27,433 nucleotides of DNA, taken from an uncultured Bacteroidales bacterium. Lineage in GTDB: Bacteria > Bacteroidota > Bacteroidia > Bacteroidales > CAIWKO01. The DNA lies in NCBI GenBank assembly GCA_964473775.1, contig CAYYQJ010000001.1, positions 1 through 27,433 on the forward strand, read 5' to 3'. A model generated the notes under the pieces. The model saw nothing but the letters and a program-made list of their open reading frames with translations. It did not search any database and was not told the origin of the DNA. Made by a program: the position numbers and the translations under genes. Shown here piece by piece: positions 8,378-16,054 of this stretch. Numbering within the stretch: the first letter of the stretch is position 1; every line of letters starts with the position of its first letter.

Positions 8378-10873
8378 TTATTTTTTAATTTTTAACCACT
8401 TGCCTATAATGCCAAAACGATACTTCTGTTTTTTTTCGTCATCCGACTCATAAGCATAACCGTAGCCATAACCATAACCATAACCATAGCCATAACCATA
8501 GCCATAACCATAAGCATTTCGTAGTGGAACATCATTTATTATAATTACCGGCTGAGGTATGTGCCTGAATTGAATTCGGGATAAAAGATCCATAAATACA
8601 TTTTTACGGGTTTTTTTGATTCTTACGATGAATACATTCATATCACATTTTGACATCAAGATATTTGCATCAGTAACACTAATAGCCGGTGGAGAATCCA
8701 CAATAATTATGCTGAATCTTTCGCGTAAAATCGAGAGAAGATTGTCCATCATTTCCGAATCCAATAATTCAGAAGGATTGGGAGGTACAGTGCCGGAAGG
8801 TAAAACAAACAAATCAGGATTATCAGTTGGTGAAATCACCTCATCCAAAGTAGCTCGACTGGCAAGATATTCGCTAAGACCAGGTTTCTGCGACACATCA
8901 ATTATTTTATGAACCCTCCCCCTACGCATATCTGCTCCAATGATAATAGTTTTACGTCCTGCCATTGCAAAAGTGTATGCAATATTTACAGAAACAAAAG
9001 TTTTGCCACTTTCAGGCATATCGGAAGTTACCTGAATAATGTAAGACTTTTTGTTTCCAATAAAGAAACTGAGATTCGTTCGCAAATTTCTGAAACTTTC
9101 GCCAACTGATGAACGCGAAGATGTTAAAAATACTTTTTCCTCTTTCTCTTCATTATGCATGATATATCCTGCAATTGGGAAAGGAGCAATATCTTCCACT
9201 TCTCTGGAAAAGGTATAAGTATTCTTTAAGTACGAAGGCAGAAAAACAATGGCAATAGCTAATAAAAAGGCTAAAATTATTGCACTCATCATAATCACAC
9301 CCTTTTTAGGTGCAATTTGTACAATATTTTCAGATCTGCATGGATCGATAACCTGATTGTCGGGCATATTGGTAGCTGCCGTAATCTGAGATTCAGCTTT
9401 TTTCTGAAGAAGGAATATATAAAGCTGATTGTATAAATTATAGTCTCTTTCGAAATCAAGTAATTTTCTTTGATTGGTTGGAAGAGATGAAATTCTAGAG
9501 TTAACAGTATTGGCTCGATCCGTAATTTCATCAATAGCCATGTTACTTAATTTGATATTATTTTGAGAGTTTTCTAATATGCTTTTTCTGAGCTGCTCTA
9601 TTTGTGCATCCAGATATTGTAACGCAGGATTTCGGACAGTTGCGCTTTGACTTAATGAATTTCGTTCACCGTTTAGTTTTGCCAGATCGGCAATTAATCC
9701 CGTGGTAGCAGGATCTTCAATACCCATTGCAGAAGGAGATATAATGTAAAGAGGATCTTTATGTTTATCTAAATAATCTTTAAGATAAGCGTAGTACTTG
9801 TTTTTTAACTGTAATTGAGCTTTATTATTATCCAGATCTTTTATATGATCGAATACTCTCTGGGCCTCATCATCCAAATTAATAAATTTATTATCCTTGC
9901 GATATGATTCCAAATCGGATTCGGCACTGGTGAGTTGTTGGATTATATCCCCAAGTTCTTTATCAATAAAACTTATCGTACGATAGGCTACTTCGTTTTT
10001 TGTTTTTAAACCGGATTCTATATATTCAGAGGTCAAAGCATTTAAAAAGTCTTGTAATATATCGGGTTGATTATATCTGAAGGTAACTTTTAATACAGAG
10101 GAGGTTTTGCTGGTTGGTTCAACTGAAATGCCCGATTGAAATGAATTTACGAGCTGACTGAGGTTATTGAGTTTGAAACTTAGTTTTGAATTTTTGTAAG
10201 AATCAAGGTTGTCAGGTCCTTTAAATATTGTAAAAGTGAAATTTGGGGTAGTTATTACATCACCAAACTTATGCTCTTGTTCGTAAACAAAATTTGGAAC
10301 ATCAATAAGCTCATCAGCTTTTTTAAGATATCGATTGGTAGAGTATTTATACAAATAGCCACCATTTACCTCCGACTTAAGTTTGAATTTTTCAGGTCCT
10401 GTGAAATCAATAAAGAAAGTTGCTCCCGGTACCTGAGGTTTTGTGGTATCAATAACTACAATAAAGGGGCCATTAGTATAACTATTGTTGGTGCGCAACC
10501 GACCTTTTGCATAGTAAGAAACCTGCCAGGGAATACGTTTTAAAGCATTATAAGTTAAAGTGGCCGATTGCAATATGATTTGCTCATTTTCTACAGGCGA
10601 CTGGGTCTTGCCCATATTTAATCCTATCAGTGCCTGTGCATCCAGCACATTTTTTGATTTAGGATCTTTAAGCAAAATGGTGGTGCTGCCTTCGTAAATT
10701 CGGTCGGCTTTTTTCAGATAAACCCATGTTACAACTCCTGAAAGCATAAAAGCAAAGATAAGCACATACCATTTGGTTAGTAGTACAGCTAATAAAAGCC
10801 TGTAATCAAGGTTTTTGTTTTTCTGTGCTTTGCTATAATTATTTTGTGAGGAATGCTCGTTTGAAGAATCCAT
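8378..10873 (-). CDS. wzc: Polysaccharide co-polymerase / BY-kinase (Wzc)
   Basis: Two TM segments flanking a periplasmic coiled coil, ESFRNLRTNL, Walker A (PESGKT), A' (GADMRR), B (IIVDSPP), PPNPSELL and a C-terminal Tyr cluster. Confidence 0.95.
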   Translation of the reverse strand: MDSSNEHSSQNNYSKAQKNKNLDYRLLLAVLLTKWYVLIFAFMLSGVVTWVYLKKADRIYEGSTTILLKDPKSKNVLDAQALIGLNMGKTQSPVENEQIILQSATLTYNALKRIPWQVSYYAKGRLRTNNSYTNGPFIVVIDTTKPQVPGATFFIDFTGPEKFKLKSEVNGGYLYKYSTNRYLKKADELIDVPNFVYEQEHKFGDVITTPNFTFTIFKGPDNLDSYKNSKLSFKLNNLSQLVNSFQSGISVEPTSKTSSVLKVTFRYNQPDILQDFLNALTSEYIESGLKTKNEVAYRTISFIDKELGDIIQQLTSAESDLESYRKDNKFINLDDEAQRVFDHIKDLDNNKAQLQLKNKYYAYLKDYLDKHKDPLYIISPSAMGIEDPATTGLIADLAKLNGERNSLSQSATVRNPALQYLDAQIEQLRKSILENSQNNIKLSNMAIDEITDRANTVNSRISSLPTNQRKLLDFERDYNLYNQLYIFLLQKKAESQITAATNMPDNQVIDPCRSENIVQIAPKKGVIMMSAIILAFLLAIAIVFLPSYLKNTYTFSREVEDIAPFPIAGYIMHNEEKEEKVFLTSSRSSVGESFRNLRTNLSFFIGNKKSYIIQVTSDMPESGKTFVSVNIAYTFAMAGRKTIIIGADMRRGRVHKIIDVSQKPGLSEYLASRATLDEVISPTDNPDLFVLPSGTVPPNPSELLDSEMMDNLLSILRERFSIIIVDSPPAISVTDANILMSKCDMNVFIVRIKKTRKNVFMDLLSRIQFRHIPQPVIIINDVPLRNAYGYGYGYGYGYGYGYGYGYAYESDDEKKQKYRFGIIGKWLKIKK
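8450..8512 (-). repeat. Hexanucleotide repeat encoding (YG)9-YAY, the Wzc tyrosine cluster
   Basis: TAT/TAC-GGT/GGC repeated nine times, then TAT GCT TAT; 11 Tyr counted from the DNA. Confidence 0.95.
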
Positions 10874-10885
10874 ATAAATGATTGA

Positions 10886-11680
10886 TTATTTTTTAAATAT
10901 AGAATAAATAAGCATAATGGTACTTAAAGTTGATAACAACAAAGCATAAGGGAAGGTATTAAATCCATACTTTTTTACTTTTAAAGGCTCAATATAAATT
11001 TGATCGTTTGGACGCAGATAATAATAAGCTGAGGAAACAATTTTGGGGGATGTTAAGTCAATACGTTCCACCTGAATGCGATTATCGATGCCCTGTCGGG
11101 TGATTACAACATTGGTAGCGTTATAATATTCGGTAGGTTTTGCAAGTGCTATGGCTTCGAAAATAGTTACCCTTGAATGATAAAATAAAAATGTTCCGGA
11201 GTTCATCACTTCGCCTAAAACACATACTCTGAAACTTGCAAGTTTTACTGTTACTAGAGCATCTTTTATAAACGGAGTCAGGCTGTCGGTCAACATGCGG
11301 GCTATTTGATTGGTTGTCATCCCAACCACGTTTAAACTGTCTAAATAGGGTAAATGTATGGAGCCAAAGTTATTGACTTCATATCCATTGTAGAAAAGAT
11401 TTTGTTCTGATTGAATAACCATATATTGGTTTTGCATTTTTGCTGCACCTTCAATAAATGCTGATGCTTTTACATCCAATGACTGTACTTTAATATCAAG
11501 CACATCGCCGGTTTGAATGAGATAATCGGCAGGTATTTTTACATCTATGAGGCTATCTTTGCTTACATTTTGAAACAGTATGGTTTTTTTACGGGATACA
11601 CATCCTGTAATCATAATAACTATTAATAATGATAACAGTAAGGGTAATGAAAAAGCTTTAATGATTTTGTGTTGTGTCAT
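10886..11680 (-). CDS. wza: Polysaccharide export lipoprotein (Wza/OPX family)
   Basis: Lipobox (ITG|C), YLIQTGDVLDIKV, the PES-type GSIHLPYLDSL segment, SLBB-type VLGEV...GTF and YYLRPNDQIYIEP; directly upstream of wzc. Confidence 0.92.
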   Translation of the reverse strand: MTQHKIIKAFSLPLLLSLLIVIMITGCVSRKKTILFQNVSKDSLIDVKIPADYLIQTGDVLDIKVQSLDVKASAFIEGAAKMQNQYMVIQSEQNLFYNGYEVNNFGSIHLPYLDSLNVVGMTTNQIARMLTDSLTPFIKDALVTVKLASFRVCVLGEVMNSGTFLFYHSRVTIFEAIALAKPTEYYNATNVVITRQGIDNRIQVERIDLTSPKIVSSAYYYLRPNDQIYIEPLKVKKYGFNTFPYALLLSTLSTIMLIYSIFKK

Positions 11681-11740
11681 TTATTTCCAATAATTGTGTT
11701 GTAAATGCATAATAAACCGGTAGTAAAATTAGCTATTATT

Positions 11741-11776
11741 TACAGCTTCGCCGCGTCACTCACAGCGGGGACTGTA
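11741..11776 (-). promoter_or_regulatory. GC-rich imperfect hairpin between upxY and wza containing GGCGAAGC (possible pause/antitermination element)
   Basis: The minus strand reads TACAG-TCCCCGCTGTGAGTGACGCGGCGAAG-CTGTA, with an outer TACAG/CTGTA stem and an inner CCGC/GCGG stem in otherwise AT-rich DNA. Function is inferred. Confidence 0.4.
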
Positions 11777-11808
11777 GAAACAATGTTTGGTTAACCTAAG
11801 GATTCGCT

Positions 11809-12324
11809 TTATTCGGAAGTAATAATATACGGCAGGCTGATGTATTTGCCCCATTCTTTTACTTCCAACACAAAGTGAGTGTTTCCTTTTAGTCTTAAAA
11901 TTTCGCCTTCAATGCCTTTTAAAGGGCCTGAAGGTATTATATATTTTTCGCCGGGACTTGGTTTGCAATCACAAAGTTCGGCCATTTCATCCGTTTCAAG
12001 TATTCGGCGGATGTGCAACATGGTTTTTTCGTTTAATACAGCCGGCATTCCTCCAAAATAGATATATCGCACCATGCCCGGCTGATTGATAGCTGTATGA
12101 TATTCGGTTTGATCAACATTTACAAAAATATAGGATGGAAATGCGGGGACACTTACCTTCTTTTTCCTGTCGGACCATTGACGATAAACTATGCGAAGCG
12201 GCAAATAATAAGTAATGCCAATGGTTTCAAGTCGCTGAGCCACTTTTATTTCGGCACGCGGTGCAGTATAAGCCACATACCAGTTCCGATTGTTATTTTT
12301 TATATTGTTTGTATTGGCTACCAA
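11809..12324 (-). CDS. upxY: UpxY family (NusG/RfaH paralogue) transcription antiterminator
   Basis: NGN domain WYVAYTAPRAEIKVA...VPAFPSYIFV and a KOW motif (IIPSGPLKGIEGEI); first gene of the capsule operon; TTG start. Confidence 0.92.
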   Translation of the reverse strand: MVANTNNIKNNNRNWYVAYTAPRAEIKVAQRLETIGITYYLPLRIVYRQWSDRKKKVSVPAFPSYIFVNVDQTEYHTAINQPGMVRYIYFGGMPAVLNEKTMLHIRRILETDEMAELCDCKPSPGEKYIIPSGPLKGIEGEILRLKGNTHFVLEVKEWGKYISLPYIITSE

Positions 12325-12340
12325 ATGATAAATCCCTCCG

Positions 12341-12488
12341 CTAATACGTTTTGATATTGTTTTAAAACCACAAAATTACTAAATATTGCTTAGATAATCA
12401 CAAATTATCAAAAATACATTTCAAGAAAAATTATGCTGCATATTGGGTAACTGTTGATTTTGGCAAAAATCAATATCGAAACGCTTAG
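12341..12488. repeat. Imperfect inverted repeats (12347-12363 and 12467-12483) flanking the capsule promoter
   Basis: CGTTTTGATATTGTTTT versus the reverse complement of the right arm CGTTTCGATATTGATTT (15/17). The match extends by CTAA across a mismatch and a 1-nt indel. Confidence 0.5.
12371..12404 (-). promoter_or_regulatory. Bacteroidota sigma-A-type promoter of the upxY-capsule operon
   Basis: On the minus strand, TAATTTTG (TAnnTTTG, -7 box) at 12378-12371 and TTTG (-33 box) at 12404-12401. The 22-nt spacing is slightly long. Confidence 0.55.
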
Positions 12489-12589
12489 TTCAAACTAAGT
12501 TCAAAAGACATAGAATTAAATTATCATGCTTGGATTTTAACAATTTCATTTAACAAAGTGAAACAGAGTAATGATATAAAATCCAATAA

Positions 12590-12919
12590 TCACCTGTTTT
12601 GTAATCCCATAAAGGCAAGCAGGTAGCATGCAAAATCGCCTATTACTTTTCTATCGTTTTTTAATATTTCGGCCCATGATGTGTCTTCGTTGGCAGTGCG
12701 CATATTGCGGGCCATGATATTACAAGCGTCAATAAATCTATTGTGTGCTGCCGTTCGTTCAAAATCGTTTTCAGCTTTTTGTTCAGTATCCATAAAACTC
12801 CATTCGGCGCGAAGGTTGGCGTAGCGAATGGCGGCTTTGAATAATTGATTCTTAAGTTCAATTAGTTTACTATTGTTGATGCTTTTGTAGCTCAAATAAG
12901 CGGTTTCGTATTTCAACAT
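12590..12919 (-). CDS. Small helical hypothetical protein, possibly DUF3232-like
   Basis: 109-aa ORF; RTAAHNRFIDACN and DRKVIGDFACY resemble my recollection of DUF3232 (not verified). Confidence 0.6.
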   Translation of the reverse strand: MLKYETAYLSYKSINNSKLIELKNQLFKAAIRYANLRAEWSFMDTEQKAENDFERTAAHNRFIDACNIMARNMRTANEDTSWAEILKNDRKVIGDFACYLLAFMGLQNR

Positions 12920-12946
12920 AATTCTTTTAGATTGGTCTGTTTATAA

Positions 12947-13405
12947 TCATATTGGCACTAAAATTTTAACCTTTCTCCCCACTTCTACAGGTTCTATTGG
13001 GGTTTCGTCATCATCGTCATCGTCGTCTGATATATACTTTAGTATTACCATGCCGTCGGATATTTTATTATCGGTTATTAATAATAAACCTTCTCCTGCA
13101 TTTTCCGGAACTCCAGATTCTATCCCATAAGTGATATTGAGCCCACCGTGTATTTCCATTGCTATATTTTCTTCAAGACTTAAATCGCTATCCATACCAA
13201 ATTCTTCGTCTTCATCAGTCAGAAAACAGCTTTTAAGTAATTCCATGGTCGAAAAGTTGGCAACAAAGCAATTGGCGAAAAAAGGAAAAAACTCTTTGTG
13301 AAATTCGGTTTCCCAAACGGCAACAATGTCGTTAAAAGCATCGCCTTGTTGATTGAATCCCTTGGTGTTGAAATCGGATTTGCGGAATTTGTAGTATTGT
13401 TGCAT
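12947..13405 (-). CDS. Acidic hypothetical protein
   Basis: 152-aa ORF with short spacers to both neighbours on the same strand and a poly-Asp tract near the C-terminus; no family recognised. Confidence 0.7.
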   Translation of the reverse strand: MQQYYKFRKSDFNTKGFNQQGDAFNDIVAVWETEFHKEFFPFFANCFVANFSTMELLKSCFLTDEDEEFGMDSDLSLEENIAMEIHGGLNITYGIESGVPENAGEGLLLITDNKISDGMVILKYISDDDDDDDETPIEPVEVGRKVKILVPI

Positions 13406-13430
13406 AGGGGGTTAGTTAATTGTTGTTGAG

Positions 13431-14984
13431 TTATTGGTTATTGGATTGATTGTGTTGGTGTTTTAATTTGCGTTTTTCGTTTATATTGTGAGATACAGAT
13501 TTTATACGTTTTTCTAGAAAATGATGAAGTGGCTTGATTGTAGATGCCAATGTGATATTAAACAACATAAAAAGATAAGGACTCCCATGTATGAAAGGAT
13601 ATATCTTTGGATGAATGGCGGCTTCGAGAAACTGAAAAAACAACAACATTCCTATAAAGCTTATAAAATCAATAACTTTGCGAGAAATATTCATGCGACT
13701 TACAATAAAAAGTAAGCTAAATACAAATACAATTAAACAAAAAACTCCCAGATATTCCATCTGCTCTTTATGTTCAAAAGCTTTTTCTTCGCGTTCAGCT
13801 TCTGCCTTTTCTTCTGCTTCCTTTTTTTCAAATTCGTATTGCAATTTCAAATTATTAATCTTCTTAATACTCTCTTCATTTACTAGCTTTTCACGAGTGG
13901 CTATATACAGTTTATAGTTTGTAAATGCCCCGGCATAGTCGCCTAGTGCACTATCTATTGTCGAAATAGTACTATAACTCCCTTTTATGCCTTCAAGGCT
14001 GCCAATTTCTTTTGCTTGCGACAATGCTTTTTTCACATATTCGGAGGCTTCTTTGTATTTTTTTTGAAAAAGATAGACAAGGCTAATGTTTAGATTTGTT
14101 GTAGAAACCCCATTTTTGTCGCCTATTTCATCTTTTATTTTTAAAGCGGCCATTTGGTTTTTAAGAGCATCAGCATAATTTTGTTGGTTTTTATTAATTA
14201 TTCCGATATTGCCATAAGCATTTCCAATGCTTTGTTTATCGCCAATTTCTTCGCCAATTTTTAATGCAGTATTATAGCTATTTATTGCTTGGGGATAATT
14301 TAATTGTTCGGCATAGTTATTTCCAATGTTGAGACAAACAATAGCAATACCATGTTTATCATCCATTGCTTTACGGATTTTTAAGGCCTGATTCATATTC
14401 GTCAATGCTTCAGAATAATTGCCTTGTATTTCGTATACAATGCCTATGTTAAGAAAAGCTGAGGCACTTCCTATTTTATAATCAATTTCCTCATCAATTT
14501 TTAAACATGCAAAAAAATTTTTTAAAGCTTCGGGATAATTACCCTGCAAACGGAATAAATCACCCATATTGTTGTACGAACCTGCTATCCCCCTTTTATA
14601 GCCTATTTCTTGTCGTAGTTTTAAGGCTTTTTTATGAAATTCCAATGCTTTAAGGTAATCTCCAATTTCCTGATTTATCCACCCCAAACTGTTATAGGCG
14701 TTTCCCATACCTTTTTTATAACCTATTTTCTCGGATAGTTGAAGACATTGATTGGCATAATCTATGCCTTTTTGAGGGTTGTTGCCCCAATATTCTGTAG
14801 AAATTTCGTACAATACATCCGCTGTCATCGAATCTGCAATACCAGTTTTATTGTTTCTTAATTTAACTTTTTCGTTATCGAGTTTTTGCAAGCTATCAGT
14901 TAATTTTTTTATATAGGGCAAGTTTTGTGCGCTTGATGAAGACAATAAAAAGCCTAATGCTATTAGAAAAATAAGTTTTTTCAT
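13431..14984 (-). CDS. Signal peptide + TPR-repeat periplasmic domain + C-terminal multi-TM anchor
   Basis: Signal peptide MKKLIFLIALGFLLSSSSA|Q, ~40-aa TPR repeats (GIAGSYNNMGDLFRLQGNYPEALKNF and similar), a coiled coil, then about three hydrophobic segments; no enzymatic output domain. Confidence 0.88.
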   Translation of the reverse strand: MKKLIFLIALGFLLSSSSAQNLPYIKKLTDSLQKLDNEKVKLRNNKTGIADSMTADVLYEISTEYWGNNPQKGIDYANQCLQLSEKIGYKKGMGNAYNSLGWINQEIGDYLKALEFHKKALKLRQEIGYKRGIAGSYNNMGDLFRLQGNYPEALKNFFACLKIDEEIDYKIGSASAFLNIGIVYEIQGNYSEALTNMNQALKIRKAMDDKHGIAIVCLNIGNNYAEQLNYPQAINSYNTALKIGEEIGDKQSIGNAYGNIGIINKNQQNYADALKNQMAALKIKDEIGDKNGVSTTNLNISLVYLFQKKYKEASEYVKKALSQAKEIGSLEGIKGSYSTISTIDSALGDYAGAFTNYKLYIATREKLVNEESIKKINNLKLQYEFEKKEAEEKAEAEREEKAFEHKEQMEYLGVFCLIVFVFSLLFIVSRMNISRKVIDFISFIGMLLFFQFLEAAIHPKIYPFIHGSPYLFMLFNITLASTIKPLHHFLEKRIKSVSHNINEKRKLKHQHNQSNNQ

Positions 14985-15141
14985 ATTTTGGTTTGTATTG
15001 ATTACTATTGTTTTATTTTTAAATCTTTATATTAATTGATGCAATTATTATAAAATCGGAAGTAAATTTATAAAAAATTTTAATGTTACAATAAAAAAAT
15101 AATGTCCTTATCGTAATTTGTTATTGTGTTTTTAGGTTGTT

Positions 15142-15188
15142 GGGTTAATTGAGTTGATTAAGTCGATTAAGGTAATTGGGTAATTGGG
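15142..15188. repeat. Short degenerate 8-9-bp tandem repeat
   Basis: GGGTTAATT GAGTTGATT AAGTCGATT AAGGTAATT GGGTAATT GGG. Confidence 0.6.
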
Positions 15189-15206
15189 AACTATGACTTG
15201 CGGCTA

Positions 15207-15398
15207 TTATTGGTGTGTAAAGATATCCATTTTTTTGTTGCCCGAATTCATTTGTTTAAGATTTTTATTAAAAAATGGATTTGTTAAAATCTTACATACA
15301 TATACAACAAAAATCACTAGCATATAAATTGTGCCATTTTTTTCCTTATTAATGATACTAAAAAGATGATTTTTCAGCAAACCACTTAGTTTTTTCAT
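15207..15398 (-). CDS. Possible small hypothetical protein with one hydrophobic stretch
   Basis: 63-aa ORF with an MKK start and the hydrophobic segment IYMLVIFVVYVC; no homology recognised, so it may be spurious. Confidence 0.25.
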   Translation of the reverse strand: MKKLSGLLKNHLFSIINKEKNGTIYMLVIFVVYVCKILTNPFFNKNLKQMNSGNKKMDIFTHQ

Positions 15399-15520
15399 TA
15401 TTTTTATGCAATTTTACAGTATGCTTTATGTTGTTACAATTCATAGCTTTATAAATTTCTCTGATCGTTCAGCATGCTGAATGCTCGCGTAGAAAATTTG
15501 AACGATCGCTTTGAGAATAC

Positions 15521-15751
15521 CTAGGCTACCCTAGTGGGTAACTAAGCTAACCTAGAGGTTGACCAGGCTACCCTAGATGGTGACTAAGCTACCCTAGTTG
15601 GCGACTAAGCTACCCTAGAGGTTGACTAAGCTACCCTAGTGGGTGACTAAGCTGCCCTAGTGGGTGACTAAGCTGCCCTAGAGGTTGACCAAGCTAACCT
15701 AGTGGGTGACTAAGCTACCCTAGTACGTGACTAAGCTACCCTGGTGAGTAA
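15521..15751. repeat. 21-bp tandem array, 11 units plus a degenerate 12th (consensus CTAAGCTACCCTAGTGGGTGA)
   Basis: Units start at 15521, 15542, 15563 ... 15731 with an exact 21-bp period; the first 14 nt are well conserved and the next 5 nt vary. Confidence 0.97.
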
Positions 15752-15935
15752 CTAGGCGAGCCTAATTTCAAGGATAAATTTTGATGAACAAATGAATTAA
15801 CTGTTAATATTTCCTCATCATAATCCAACCTGCAATAACATTATAGATTCTTAATAAACCACCTGATTCAATAAATAATTTTCCGTAAAATTTTATTTAT
15901 TTCTAAATAATAATACGCGGTAACCGAAAAACACA

Positions 15936-15943
15936 TATATTTG
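15936..15943 (+). promoter_or_regulatory. Candidate -7 box (TATATTTG) upstream of the CheB/CheR fusion
   Basis: Matches TAnnTTTG about 110 nt before the ATG; no clear -33 TTTG. Confidence 0.35.
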
Positions 15944-16054
15944 TAACTTTATTCGCAAACCTTTATTTCTTAATATGCTATTGAAAAAAAAGGCTTCGAA
16001 AAATTTTTATTGAACAGATAAATTAATAATTAACCTTTGTAAACCACCATTCCC

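Noticed and set aside
177-13917. Short overlapping ORFs within capsule and TPR genes (177-512, 681-881, 2955-3167, 8616-8912, 12097-12354 and others)
   Set aside because: They overlap confidently assigned genes on the opposite strand or in another frame and show no protein-like features.
15521-15751. CRISPR array interpretation of the 21-bp repeats
   Set aside because: The units are directly tandem, the variable part is only about 5 nt and recurs between units, and there are no spacer-length unique sequences or cas genes.
15521-15751. Covarying RNA hairpin in every unit
   Set aside because: Only units 1, 2, 6 and 7 pair fully or with one wobble; the others carry mismatches, so covariation is not supported.
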